Shown piece by piece: positions 17,360 through 27,158 of a stretch of 44,271 bases of DNA (position 1 is its first letter; each line of letters starts with the position of its first letter). This DNA comes from a virus. Taxonomy: Duplodnaviria; Heunggongvirae; Uroviricota; Caudoviricetes. A model generated the notes under the pieces. The model was not told the origin of the DNA, did no database searches, and saw only the letters and a program-made list of their open reading frames with translations. The position numbers were made by a program, and so were the translations under genes. The stretch lies in IMG/VR virus record IMGVR_UViG_2565956725_000004; one strand, 5' to 3'.

Positions 17360-18412
17360 ATGAAAAATACTGTAAAAATAAACAGTGTTGATTTAATCAA
17401 CGCTGATTGCCTGCATTTTATTCAGTCCCTGCCTGATGATTCCATTGACCTGATTGTTACCGATCCGCCTTACTTCAAGGTGAAACCTAACGGTTGGGAC
17501 AATCAGTGGAAAGGGGACGAAAATTACCTTAAGTGGCTGGACCACTGTCTGGCCCAGTTCTGGCGGGTGTTAAAACCTGCCGGAAGCCTTTACCTGTTCT
17601 GTGGGCATCGCCTGGCATCTGATATTGAGATCATGATGCGTGAACGTTTCAACGTGCTTAACCATATCATCTGGGCGAAGCCGTCCGGACGTTGGAATGG
17701 GTGTAATAAAGAAAGTCTGCGCGCATATTTTCCTGCCACAGAGCGCGTTCTGTTTGCTGAACATTACCAGGGGCCATATCGCGGCAAAAGTGACGGCTAT
17801 GCGGCAAAAGAAAGGGAACTCAAACAGCACATAATGGCACCGCTGATATCGTATTTCAGGGATGCTCGTGCCGAACTGGGTATAACGGCAAAACAAATTG
17901 CCGAAGCCACAGGTAAGAAAAATATGGTTTCCCACTGGTTTGGTGCCAGTCAGTGGCAGTTGCCGAATGAGGCTGACTATCGGAAGTTACAGGCACTGTT
18001 TTCCCGTATAGCGGCAGAGAAGTTTCAGGAACAACAACTGGAACAACCACACCACCAGCTGGTGGCATCTTATGATTCACTGAATCGCAAATATTCTGAA
18101 TTGCTGGATGAGTTTAAATCTCTCCGGCGCTATTTCTCCGTATCAGTCTCCGTGCCTTATACCGATGTCTGGACGCATAAGCCCGTTCAGTTCTACCCGG
18201 GTAAACATCCGTGCGAGAAACCGGCGGATATGCTCCGGCAAATAATCAATGCCAGTAGTCGACCTGGTGATCTGGTTGCTGATTTCTTTATGGGATCCGG
18301 TTCCACAATAAAAGCAGCAATGGCGCTGGGGCGTCGGGCGTTAGGTGTTGAACTTGAGTCAGAGCGGTTTAATCAGACGGTGAAAGAGGTAAGTGAACTG
18401 GTGGGGAAATAA
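17360..18412 (+). CDS. DNA methyltransferase (N6-adenine/N4-cytosine type, ParB-less N6_N4_Mtase-like)
   Basis: DPPY catalytic motif (LIVTDPPYF) near the N-terminus and an AdoMet-binding-like FxGSGST motif (DFFMGSGSTIKAA) near the C-terminus; no cognate restriction gene adjacent. Confidence 0.8.
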   Translation: MKNTVKINSVDLINADCLHFIQSLPDDSIDLIVTDPPYFKVKPNGWDNQWKGDENYLKWLDHCLAQFWRVLKPAGSLYLFCGHRLASDIEIMMRERFNVLNHIIWAKPSGRWNGCNKESLRAYFPATERVLFAEHYQGPYRGKSDGYAAKERELKQHIMAPLISYFRDARAELGITAKQIAEATGKKNMVSHWFGASQWQLPNEADYRKLQALFSRIAAEKFQEQQLEQPHHQLVASYDSLNRKYSELLDEFKSLRRYFSVSVSVPYTDVWTHKPVQFYPGKHPCEKPADMLRQIINASSRPGDLVADFFMGSGSTIKAAMALGRRALGVELESERFNQTVKEVSELVGK

Positions 18413-18419
18413 TTCTGGT

Positions 18420-18445
18420 GGCCACGTTGCGTGGCCTTTTTATTT
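18420..18445 (+). terminator. Rho-independent terminator between methyltransferase and holin
   Basis: GGCCACG-TTG-CGTGGCC hairpin followed by TTTTTATTT. Confidence 0.6.
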
Positions 18446-18488
18446 CCAACACAGCACCCGCAAATATCGCGAGGTGAGAGATGACGAA

Positions 18489-18815
18489 ATGCCTCATAAC
18501 CCAAATACCTGGCTGGACTTGGTCCAGAGCTGGTGGCGTGGAGACACACCGCTGGGTGCAGTGATTATGTCGATCGTTATGGCTGGTTTGCGCATCGCCT
18601 ATTTTGGCGGTGGTGGTGGCTGGAAGCGAAAAACGCTCGAGATTTTGCTATGTGGCGCTCTGACGCTGACCTTTGCATCCGCTCTTGAGTATGTCGGATG
18701 GCCTAAATCACTTTCTGTTGCCATTGGTGGTGGGGTGGGGCTGATCGGTGTCGATGCTATTCGTGGGGCTGCAATGCGAGTAATCGGTAACAAATTTGGT
18801 GGCTCTAAGGAGTAA
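18489..18815 (+). CDS. Holin (lambda S-like class I)
   Basis: About 108 aa from ATG 18489 (GAGGTGA ribosome-binding site); hydrophobic helices and charged C-terminus; directly upstream of the endolysin. Confidence 0.7.
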   Translation: MPHNPNTWLDLVQSWWRGDTPLGAVIMSIVMAGLRIAYFGGGGGWKRKTLEILLCGALTLTFASALEYVGWPKSLSVAIGGGVGLIGVDAIRGAAMRVIGNKFGGSKE

Positions 18816-18818
18816 TTT

Positions 18819-19295
18819 ATGCAGGTACTAAATTCCCAGCGTAAAGCTTTCCTTGATATGGTGGCTTGGTCAGAAGGAACGGATAACGGGCGACAACCGA
18901 CACGTAATCACGGTTATGATGTTATTGTTGGCGGCGAACTGTTTACTGATTACTCTGATCACCCTCGCAAACTTGTCACGCTAAACCCCAAACTCAAATC
19001 AACAGCCGCCGGACGTTACCAGCTTCTTTCCCGTTGGTGGGATGCTTACCGTAAACAGCTTGGTTTGAAAGACTTCTCCCCCAAAAGCCAGGACGCAGTG
19101 GCATTGCAGCAGATTAAAGAGCGTAGCGCTTTACCTATGATTGATCGCGGTGATATCCGTCAGGCTATCGACCGTTGCAGCAATATCTGGGCTTCACTGC
19201 CGGGTGCTGGTTATGGCCAGTTCGAGCATAAGGCTGACAGCCTGATTGCAAAATTCAAAGAAGCAGGCGGAACGGTCAGAGAGATTGAGGTATGA
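18819..19295 (+). CDS. R: Endolysin, lambda R-type lytic transglycosylase
   Basis: 158-aa protein nearly collinear with remembered lambda R ([22 protein letters not shown] ... [27 protein letters not shown]). Confidence 0.9.
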   Translation: MQVLNSQRKAFLDMVAWSEGTDNGRQPTRNHGYDVIVGGELFTDYSDHPRKLVTLNPKLKSTAAGRYQLLSRWWDAYRKQLGLKDFSPKSQDAVALQQIKERSALPMIDRGDIRQAIDRCSNIWASLPGAGYGQFEHKADSLIAKFKEAGGTVREIEV

Positions 19296-19735
19296 GCAGA
19301 GTCACCGCGATTATCTCCGCTCTGGTTATCTGCATCATCGTCTGTCTGTCATGGGCTGTTAATCATTACCGTGGTAACGCCATTACCTATAAAGAACAGC
19401 GCGATAAAGCCACGTACATCATCGCTGACATGCAGAAGCGTCAACGTGATGTAGCAGAACTCGACGCCAGATACACAAAGGAGCTTGCTGATGCTAACGC
19501 GACTATCGAAAGTCTTCGTGCTGATGTTTCTGCTGGCCGTAAGTGGCTGCGCGTCAAAGCAGTCTGTCCGGACATGCATAAAACCACCGCCACCTCCGGC
19601 GTGGATGATGGCTCCAGCCCCAGACTTACTGACACCGCTCAACGGGATTATTTCGTTCTCAGAGAGCGCATCGAAACCATAACTAAACAATTGAATGGCC
19701 TGCAAGAGTATGTGAGATCACAGTGTTCATATTAG
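19292..19735 (+). CDS. Rz: Spanin inner-membrane subunit Rz
   Basis: N-terminus [27 protein letters not shown] matches lambda Rz; overlaps the R stop. Confidence 0.9.
   Translation: MSRVTAIISALVICIIVCLSWAVNHYRGNAITYKEQRDKATYIIADMQKRQRDVAELDARYTKELADANATIESLRADVSAGRKWLRVKAVCPDMHKTTATSGVDDGSSPRLTDTAQRDYFVLRERIETITKQLNGLQEYVRSQCSY
19485..19682 (+). CDS. Rz1: Spanin outer-membrane lipoprotein subunit Rz1 (embedded in Rz, +1 frame)
   Basis: Lipobox (LAVSGC) followed by a proline run ([15 protein letters not shown]) as in lambda Rz1; wholly inside Rz. Confidence 0.85.
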   Translation: MLMLTRLSKVFVLMFLLAVSGCASKQSVRTCIKPPPPPAWMMAPAPDLLTPLNGIISFSESASKP

Positions 19736-19773
19736 AAAAGTCTTATCATAAGATTTTTGTATATGGATGCATT

Positions 19774-20148
19774 ATGTCTCAATACGCTCACGCTGCTTTA
19801 ATCGCTTATCATTTGGTTGCTGATAGCTCAATGCCTCCTCGTGATGCATGGGATGCAGCTGTCGCTGAGGTTACAGAAAGCGAATCGTCAAGAAAGAAGG
19901 TATGCCCAAGGGCAACATTTCTCGCCCTGGCGGATAGCGGTTACCTCAAGAATGTAAAACCACAGCATGGAGAGAAAAAGGGCGGTAAGTTGTACCAAAG
20001 GGCAATTGAAGTTGCGAATCTGATTCTTGATTTGCCCGGAATTAGCAAAGCTGAGCTAGTTGATAAAACTTGCTATAAAGACAGGCAAGGGTCTTATGAC
20101 ATTGCTCTAACTCTCGCTCAGCACGGATTACTCCAGCGTCCTCAATAA
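19774..20148 (+). CDS. Hypothetical protein downstream of the lysis cassette
   Basis: ATG at 19774 (MSQYAHAALIAY...); an alternative GTG at 19723 would overlap Rz; followed by a terminator. Confidence 0.5.
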   Translation: MSQYAHAALIAYHLVADSSMPPRDAWDAAVAEVTESESSRKKVCPRATFLALADSGYLKNVKPQHGEKKGGKLYQRAIEVANLILDLPGISKAELVDKTCYKDRQGSYDIALTLAQHGLLQRPQ

Positions 20149-20166
20149 TATATTAAGTGATTTATG

Positions 20167-20190
20167 GCCTCGCTTTTAGCGGGGCTTTTT
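20167..20190 (+). terminator. Rho-independent terminator after the lysis region
   Basis: GCCTCGC-TTTTA-GCGGGGC hairpin (one G-U) followed by TTTTT. Confidence 0.6.
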
Positions 20191-20594
20191 CATATCTGAA
20201 TCTCACCATGCATATCATCACCTGACTGGAACGTCAGGAGAATTCGTTACCGGGATTCGATAAAGGTATTCAAGCCTGACACATTATGCGCTGTATCGTC
20301 GCCGTATTCCCGCATTAACCATGACCGTAGCCCTACGGGGAACTCCTTCTGCGCGAGTGTGCGGGAATAATCAAAAACGATACACACCGGGTTTTTACCG
20401 CGTTTATGATTCGCGGGTTTGTCCCTCATGCTCGCCAGTCCTGTGCGGGGGTGGAAGAAACAGGACACTTACACTGATTCTTGTGAGCATGATGCTATGC
20501 CTTTCTGGATTATCCCGATGCCATTCATGCAGGGTGCTGTATCAGACGCTCGTCAGAGCTGTCAGGCTGACGGGTCCTCCCGGTGGGGTGGCCT

Positions 20595-20660
20595 GCCACG
20601 GGGCGGGAGCGTCGCGGAAAAAGGCTAGTTTTTGAAATTTCATTCGTCATCACCACTACT
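20595..20660. other. Candidate cos site (cosN/cosB) upstream of the small terminase gene
   Basis: GGGCGGGAGCGTCGCGG...TTTTTGAAATTT...TTCGTCATCACC resembles remembered lambda cos (GGGCGGCGACCTCGCGG...TTTATGAAAATTTT...TTCGTCATAAC). Confidence 0.5.
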
Positions 20661-20786
20661 GTAATAGATTGATATTACAGTGGTTTTATTTTTATGGTGT
20701 CGATTTTGATTGTTTTTTGTTCATCACTAACACCGTTTGCCTAAAGTTGTTCGCAAGATGCATGTTTAAAACATTCTGGAGCGGGT

Positions 20787-21281
20787 ATGGATCGAGAGTT
20801 GAAAAATCTGACGCTGAATATCAGTCAACTGGCGGCACTGTCAGGTGTACATCGCCAGACTGCTGCGGCAAGGCTGCAAAATCTACCCGTTGCAGGGGGG
20901 CATGAAAGCAACCTCAAGCTTTATCGGGTGGTTGATATTGTGTCGGCATTTCTGGCATTACCACCGCCGGTTGCAGAAGGCGAAATGGACGCGCATGAGC
21001 GCAAAGCCTGGTATCAGTCTGAACGTGAGCGTCTTAAGTTCGAACAGGAAACGGCACAACTCATTCCGGCCAGTGATGTCAGACGGGAGTTTGCCATCTG
21101 GGCAAAAGCGGTCGTGCAGGTGCTGGAGACATTACCGGATATTCTTGAACGTGACTGCGGTCTGCAGCCTGCCGCTGTGAGCCGTGTTCAGTTCATTATT
21201 GATGATCTGCGCGATCAGATAGCCCTGCGGGTGACTGAAGCAGGTGCGGATGATGAGGAGGAATTACAGCAGGAGGAGTAA
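20787..21281 (+). CDS. Terminase small subunit (Nu1-like)
   Basis: 164-aa ORF just downstream of the cos-like site; N-terminal HTH-like region and acidic C-terminus; stop overlaps the large-subunit start. Confidence 0.7.
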   Translation: MDRELKNLTLNISQLAALSGVHRQTAAARLQNLPVAGGHESNLKLYRVVDIVSAFLALPPPVAEGEMDAHERKAWYQSERERLKFEQETAQLIPASDVRREFAIWAKAVVQVLETLPDILERDCGLQPAAVSRVQFIIDDLRDQIALRVTEAGADDEEELQQEE

Positions 21282-23383
21282 TGCTGAATCAGGAAACCGC
21301 AAAGGCAGCACGAACCGATTCAGGTTATATCCTTCGAGCACCGAGACGAATGCGGGTTGCTGATGCCGTTGCTCAGTATATGCGGGTGCCCATGGGGGCA
21401 GGGAACTCAGTCCCGTGGGATCCGCTGGTGGCACCGTATGTTATTGAGCCGATGAACTGCCTGGCCTCGCGTGAATACGACGCAGTGATATTTGTTGGCC
21501 CGGCACGAACCGGCAAGACTATCGGCCTGATTGACGGCTGGGTGATTTACAACGTGATTTGCGATCCTGCTGATATGCTGATCATTCAGATGACGGAGGA
21601 AAAAGCCCGCGAACACTCCAAAAAACGACTCGCCAGAACGTTTCGCGTCAGCCCGGAAGTGGTCAGTCGCCTGAGTCCGAACAAAAATGACAACAACGTT
21701 TATGACAGAACATTCCTTGCTGGCAACTACCTGAAAATCGGCTGGCCGTCAGTCAATATCATGTCCTCATCAGATTATAAATGCGTCGCGCTGACGGATT
21801 ATGACCGTTTTCCGGAAGATATTGATGGCGAGGGGGATGCCTTCTCTCTTGCCTCAAAACGTACCACCACATTTATGTCCAGCGGTATGACGCTGGTGGA
21901 GAGTTCCCCCGGCAGGGATGTGAAGGATGTGAAATGGCGACGGACTTCACCGCATGAGGCTCCACCAACCACGGGGATCCTGTCGCTCTATAACCGTGGT
22001 GATCGCCGTCGCTGGTACTGGCCCTGTCCACACTGTGGTGAGTATTTTCAGCCCTGCGGCGATGTGGTTGCTGGTTTCCGTGATATTGCCGATCCCGTGC
22101 TGGCAAGTGAGGCGGCTTATATTCAGTGTCCTTCCTGTTCAGGACGGATTATGCCTGAACAAAAACGTGAGCTGAACGGACGTGGGGTCTGGTTGCGGGA
22201 TGGTGAATCCATCAATGCGGATGGCAGTCGTTATGGTGATCCCCGACGCTCACGTATTGCGTCATTCTGGATGGAGGGTCCGGCAGCTGCTTACCAGACA
22301 CTCTCGCAACTCGTTTACAAACTGCTTACTGCAGAACAGGAATACGAGACAACCGGAAGTGAAGAAACACTCAAGACGGTTATCAATACCGACTGGGGAT
22401 TACCTTATCTTCCCCGCGCCAGCATGGAGCAACGAAAAAGTGAACTGCTTGAGCAGCGGGCAGAGCCAGTTCTTTCCCGCAGTGTGCCGGATGGCGTTAA
22501 TTTCCTTGTGGCGACAGTGGATGTGCAGGCGGGACGTCATCGCCGTTTTGTGGTTCAGGTAACGGGCTATGGCAGCCGTGGCGAACGCTGGATTATTGAT
22601 CGTTACAACATCACGCAGTCATTGCGCGGTGACAGCGACGGGGAGAGCCAGCGAATTGATCCGGCCAGCTATCCGGAAGACTGGGATGTCCTGCTGACGG
22701 ATGTTTTTCATAAAAGCTGGCCGCTGGCCTCCAATCCTTCTCAACAAATGCGACTGATGGCAATGGCGGTGGACTCCGGCGGTGAAGACGGGGTCACTGA
22801 TAATGCCTATAAATTCTGGCGTCGTTGCCGTCGTGATGGCCTTGGTAAACGTATTTACCTGTTTAAGGGCGACAGCATCCGGCGCGCAAAACTGATCACC
22901 CGTACATTCCCTGATAACACCGGACGAACGGGCCGACGGGCGCAGGCCGCAGGTGATGTGCCGCTCTGGCTTCTTCAGACGGATGCCCTGAAAGACCGGG
23001 TGAATAACGCGTTATGGCGTGACTCGCCAGGTCCCGGCTATGTGCATTTCCCTGACTGGCTGGGGAGCTGGTTTTACGACGAACTGACGTATGAAGAGCG
23101 GAGCAGTGACGGGAAATGGAGTAAGCCGGGGCGCGGTGCCAACGAAGCTTTTGACCTGATGGTGTATGCCGAGGCTCTGGTCATTCTGCATGGATACGAA
23201 AAGATCCGCTGGCCGGATGCACCGGAGTGGGCGAGCCGGGAAACCTGGCTGGAGTGTGTCCCGGACAGTACCGAACCGTCACCCACACCGGAACCTGTAT
23301 CCACGCCTGTTAAAAAACAAAAACGGAAGAAAACAGTAACTGACGATGTTAACCCCTGGCTGACTTCCGGAGGATGGTTATGA
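21281..23383 (+). CDS. Terminase large subunit (gpA-like)
   Basis: 700-aa ORF with Walker A (VGPARTGKT) and a C-terminal nuclease-like domain. Confidence 0.9.
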   Translation: MLNQETAKAARTDSGYILRAPRRMRVADAVAQYMRVPMGAGNSVPWDPLVAPYVIEPMNCLASREYDAVIFVGPARTGKTIGLIDGWVIYNVICDPADMLIIQMTEEKAREHSKKRLARTFRVSPEVVSRLSPNKNDNNVYDRTFLAGNYLKIGWPSVNIMSSSDYKCVALTDYDRFPEDIDGEGDAFSLASKRTTTFMSSGMTLVESSPGRDVKDVKWRRTSPHEAPPTTGILSLYNRGDRRRWYWPCPHCGEYFQPCGDVVAGFRDIADPVLASEAAYIQCPSCSGRIMPEQKRELNGRGVWLRDGESINADGSRYGDPRRSRIASFWMEGPAAAYQTLSQLVYKLLTAEQEYETTGSEETLKTVINTDWGLPYLPRASMEQRKSELLEQRAEPVLSRSVPDGVNFLVATVDVQAGRHRRFVVQVTGYGSRGERWIIDRYNITQSLRGDSDGESQRIDPASYPEDWDVLLTDVFHKSWPLASNPSQQMRLMAMAVDSGGEDGVTDNAYKFWRRCRRDGLGKRIYLFKGDSIRRAKLITRTFPDNTGRTGRRAQAAGDVPLWLLQTDALKDRVNNALWRDSPGPGYVHFPDWLGSWFYDELTYEERSSDGKWSKPGRGANEAFDLMVYAEALVILHGYEKIRWPDAPEWASRETWLECVPDSTEPSPTPEPVSTPVKKQKRKKTVTDDVNPWLTSGGWL

Positions 23384-23592
23384 ACCAGAATGATATCGAA
23401 GCCATGATTCAGCGTTATACGGAAGCTGAAATGGCGGTGCTGGACGGAAAATCCGTCACCTTTAATGGTCAGCAGATGACCATGGAAAACTTATCTGAGA
23501 TCCGGCAGGGACGGCAGGAGTGGGAGCGCCGCCTTGCGGCTCTGATTACACGACGACGGGGGCATCCCGGGTACCGGCTGGCGAGGTTCTGA
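23374..23592 (+). CDS. Head-tail joining protein (lambda gpW-like)
   Basis: 72-aa ORF ending RRRGHPGYRLARF, reminiscent of the gpW C-terminus; lies between terminase and portal. Confidence 0.65.
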   Translation: MVMNQNDIEAMIQRYTEAEMAVLDGKSVTFNGQQMTMENLSEIRQGRQEWERRLAALITRRRGHPGYRLARF

Positions 23593-25100
23593 TGGCAATT
23601 CTTGATGATGTGATTGGCGTTTTTTCACCAGGATGGAAAGCGGCAAGGCTGCGTTCCCGTGCGGTGATCCAGGCTTATGAGGCCGTAAAAACGACGCGGA
23701 CACACAAAGCCCGGCGGGAAAACCGAACTGCCGACCAGTTAAGCCAGTACGGGGCCGTGTCGTTACGTGAGCAGGCCCGTTACCTTGATAACAACCACGA
23801 TCTGGTTATTGGTGTATTTGACAAGCTGGAAGAACGGGTGGTGGGGAAAAACGGGATTATTGTCGAGCCACATCCGGTATTACGCAATGGGGCCATTGCC
23901 CGTGACCTGGCTGCGGAGATTCGCACCCGATGGAGTGAATGGTCTGTCAGCCCGGAAGTCACCGGGCAGTTTACCCGTCCGATGCTGGAACGTCTGATGC
24001 TGCGTACCTGGCTGCGCGATGGTGAGGTGTTTGCCCAGATGGTTTCCGGGCGCATAAACAGCCTGACGCCTTCTGCCGGTGTTCATTTCTGGCTGGAGGC
24101 GCTCGAGCCGGACTTTATTCCCATGACCAGTGATGAGAGCAACAGGCTGAATCAGGGCGTGTTTGTTGATGACTGGGGGCGTCCCGAAAAATATCTGGTG
24201 TATAAAAGCCGTCCCGTATCCGGACGGCAGATGGAAACCAAAGAAGTGGATGCAGAGCGAATGCTGCATCTTAAATTTGTTCGCCGTCTGCACCAGATGC
24301 GCGGGACGTCTTTGTTGTCCGGTGTGCTGATCCGCCTCAGTGCCCTGAAAGAGTATGAAGATTCTGAGCTGACTGCAGCAAGGATCGCCGCTGCTCTGGG
24401 GATGTACATCCGCAAAGGCGACGGGCAGAGCTATGAACCGGATGGTAATGGCAGCAAGGATAAGGAACGCGAGCTTACCATTCAGCCAGGCATTATTTAC
24501 GACGATCTGAAACCCGGCGAAGAAATCGGAATGGTGAAGTCGGATCGTCCCAATCCTAACCTTGAAACTTTTCGTAATGGTCAGTTGCGTGCCGTGGCGG
24601 CGGGCAGTCGTCTGAGTTTTTCCAGTACGGCACGCAACTATAACGGTACTTACAGCGCCCAGCGTCAGGAACTGGTTGAGTCTACTGATGGCTACCTGAT
24701 CCTGCAGGACTGGTTTATTGGTGCCGTCACCCGCCCGATGTATCGTGCCTGGCTGAAACAGGCTGTGGCATCCGGTGTTATCAGGCTACCCCGCGATCTT
24801 GACCGTTCTTCACTGTATACCGCGGTGTATTCCGGACCGGTGATGCCGTGGATTGACCCTGTTAAGGAGGCTGAGGCCTGGAAAATCCAGATTCGTGGTG
24901 GAGCGGCGACAGAATCAGACTGGGTACGTGCAGGTGGTCGTAATCCGGATGATGTCAAACGTCGGCGCAAGGCCGAAATTGATGAAAACCGCAAGCTGGA
25001 TCTGGTATTTGATACCGATCCAGCCAGTGATAAAGGAGGCAGCAGTGCCGCAACGAAACGACAGGAGCCGCAGCATACCGACGACCAGTCCGAAGAATAA
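23592..25100 (+). CDS. Portal protein (lambda gpB-like)
   Basis: ATG at 23592 overlaps the gpW stop (TGATG); about 502 aa; position and size. Confidence 0.85.
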   Translation: MAILDDVIGVFSPGWKAARLRSRAVIQAYEAVKTTRTHKARRENRTADQLSQYGAVSLREQARYLDNNHDLVIGVFDKLEERVVGKNGIIVEPHPVLRNGAIARDLAAEIRTRWSEWSVSPEVTGQFTRPMLERLMLRTWLRDGEVFAQMVSGRINSLTPSAGVHFWLEALEPDFIPMTSDESNRLNQGVFVDDWGRPEKYLVYKSRPVSGRQMETKEVDAERMLHLKFVRRLHQMRGTSLLSGVLIRLSALKEYEDSELTAARIAAALGMYIRKGDGQSYEPDGNGSKDKERELTIQPGIIYDDLKPGEEIGMVKSDRPNPNLETFRNGQLRAVAAGSRLSFSSTARNYNGTYSAQRQELVESTDGYLILQDWFIGAVTRPMYRAWLKQAVASGVIRLPRDLDRSSLYTAVYSGPVMPWIDPVKEAEAWKIQIRGGAATESDWVRAGGRNPDDVKRRRKAEIDENRKLDLVFDTDPASDKGGSSAATKRQEPQHTDDQSEE

Positions 25101-25113
25101 TTCCTGGTTCAGG

Positions 25114-27072
25114 ATGCAGGCTGGTCACCAGAGTGACGCGGATATTTATATTTATGACGAGATTGGTTTCTGGGGTGTTACAGCGAAGCAGTTTATCAGT
25201 GATCTGAATGCACTGGGCGATATCACCCACATTAATCTCCATATTAATTCACCGGGTGGCGATGTCTTTGAAGGCATCGCCATTTTTAATGCGCTGAAAA
25301 CACATGGTGCGTCCATTACCGTTTATGTCGACGGTGTGGCGGCGTCAATGGCGTCGGTCATTGCGATGGTGGGAAACCCGGTCATTATGCCGGAAAACAC
25401 CTTCATGATGATTCATAAACCATTTGGCTTTACGGGCGGTGATGCGGAGGACATGCGCACCTATGCCGACCTGCTCGATAAGGTTGAGGCGGTTCTGTTA
25501 CCCGCTTATGCACAGAAAACCGGGAAAACCACCGATGAAATTGCTGCCATGCTGGCGGATGAGACCTGGATGTCCGGTGCCGAATGTCTGGCACATGGAT
25601 TTGCTGATCAGGTAACGCCAGCCGTTAAGGCAATGGCATGTATTCAGTCAAAACGTACAGAGGAATTTAAAAAGATGCCGGAATCCATTCGAAACATGAT
25701 TACTCCGCCACGCAACAGTGCTCCACGCGTACAGGATGATGAACCTGCAGCCTCCCGGACGCCAGTGCAGGCAGCAGCACCCGTGGTGGATGAAAACAGT
25801 ATCCGTGCGCAGGTACTGGCAGAGCAAAAAGCGCGTGTAAACGGTATTAATGATCTGTTTGCCATGTTTGGCGGGCGTTATCAGACGCTGCAGGCTCAGT
25901 GTCTTGCCGATCCTGAATGTTCGCTGGAGCGGGCCCGCGAAAAGCTGTTGAACGAGATGGGGCGCGAGTCCACGCCATCCAATAAAAATACCCCGGCTCA
26001 TATTTATGCCGGTAACGGTAATTTTGTGGGGGACGGGATCCGCCAGGCGCTGATGGCGCGTGCCGGATTTGAAAAAACCGAACGTGATAATGTCTACAAC
26101 GGGATGACCCTGCGTGAATATGCCCGTATGTCACTGACTGAACGGGGTATTGGGGTTTCCAGTTATAACCCGATGCAGATGGTCGGTGCGGCGTTCACAC
26201 ACAGTACGTCTGACTTCGGTAATATTCTGCTGGATGTTGCGAACAAAGCCATTCTGCAGGGCTGGGAAGATGCCCCTGAAACCTATGAACAGTGGACGCG
26301 GAAAGGTCAGTTGTCTGATTTTAAAATTGCCCATCGTGTGGGTATGGGGGGCTTCAGTGCTCTGCGTCAGGTGCGTGAAGGGGCGGAATATAAATACGTC
26401 ACCACCGGAGATAAACAGGCCACTATTGCACTGGCGACCTATGGCGAGCTGTTCAGTATCACCCGTCAGGCCATTATCAATGATGATCTGAATATGCTGA
26501 CCGATGTCCCGATGAAACTGGGCCGTGCGGCGAAATCCACTATTGCCGATCTGGTTTATGCCATTCTGACGTCTAACCCGAAAATCTCCACAGATAATGT
26601 AAGTCTGTTCGATAAAGCGAAACATGCAAACGTACTGGAGAGCGCTGCAATGGACGTGGCATCGCTGGATAAAGCCCGCCAGTTGATGCGCGTTCAGAAA
26701 GAGGGGGAGCGTCATCTGAATATTCGTCCTGCGTTCGTACTGGTACCGACGGCGATGGAGTCTGTTGCTAACCAGGTCATTCGCTCCTCAAGTGTCAAGG
26801 GGGCTGACATTAACGCCGGTATTATTAACCCGGTGAAAGATTTTGCGACCGTTATTGCAGAGCCTCGTCTTGATGATAACAGCCAGACCACCTTCTACCT
26901 GGCTGCGTCAAAAGGCTCCGATACGATTGAAGTGGCTTATCTCAACGGTGTGGATACGCCATATATTGATCAGATGGAGGGCTTCAGTGTGGATGGCGTG
27001 ACAACGAAAGTGCGTATTGACGCCGGTGTCGCGCCAGTTGATCACCGCGGTCTGGTGAAATGTACGGCGTAA
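25114..27072 (+). CDS. Fused prohead protease (ClpP/S49-like), scaffold and HK97-fold major capsid protein
   Basis: N-terminal ClpP-like protease motifs (INSPGGDVFEG, Ser in AASMASV), Ala/Glu-rich middle, C-terminal capsid-like domain; start at ATG 25114. Confidence 0.8.
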   Translation: MQAGHQSDADIYIYDEIGFWGVTAKQFISDLNALGDITHINLHINSPGGDVFEGIAIFNALKTHGASITVYVDGVAASMASVIAMVGNPVIMPENTFMMIHKPFGFTGGDAEDMRTYADLLDKVEAVLLPAYAQKTGKTTDEIAAMLADETWMSGAECLAHGFADQVTPAVKAMACIQSKRTEEFKKMPESIRNMITPPRNSAPRVQDDEPAASRTPVQAAAPVVDENSIRAQVLAEQKARVNGINDLFAMFGGRYQTLQAQCLADPECSLERAREKLLNEMGRESTPSNKNTPAHIYAGNGNFVGDGIRQALMARAGFEKTERDNVYNGMTLREYARMSLTERGIGVSSYNPMQMVGAAFTHSTSDFGNILLDVANKAILQGWEDAPETYEQWTRKGQLSDFKIAHRVGMGGFSALRQVREGAEYKYVTTGDKQATIALATYGELFSITRQAIINDDLNMLTDVPMKLGRAAKSTIADLVYAILTSNPKISTDNVSLFDKAKHANVLESAAMDVASLDKARQLMRVQKEGERHLNIRPAFVLVPTAMESVANQVIRSSSVKGADINAGIINPVKDFATVIAEPRLDDNSQTTFYLAASKGSDTIEVAYLNGVDTPYIDQMEGFSVDGVTTKVRIDAGVAPVDHRGLVKCTA

Positions 27073-27096
27073 ACGTCGCAGACAACAACTCTGATG

Positions 27097-27115
27097 GCCC
27101 GTAAGGGCTTTTTTT
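27097..27115 (+). terminator. Rho-independent terminator after the capsid gene
   Basis: GCCC-GTAA-GGGC hairpin followed by seven T. Confidence 0.55.
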
Positions 27116-27158
27116 GTACCTGAAATCAGCCCCTGTACGGGGCTGTGCGGAGACAGTT

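Noticed and set aside
16742-17360. Possible tRNA genes or stx genes at the Q-proximal moron position
   Set aside because: No T-arm/D-arm consensus or cloverleaf-compatible segment was found by eye, and no ORF resembles an AB5 toxin subunit; the position holds the A+T-rich cassette and a methyltransferase instead.
20247-20635. Overlapping ORFs (73-104 aa, both strands) between the lysis region and cos
   Set aside because: Mutually overlapping, no ribosome-binding sites, GC-rich non-coding context next to the cos-like site; no lambda bor-like lipoprotein signature.
24853-25113. Extension of the capsid-fusion ORF upstream to 24853
   Set aside because: It overlaps the 3' end of the portal gene in another frame; the start at 25114 just after the portal stop fits the gene organisation.
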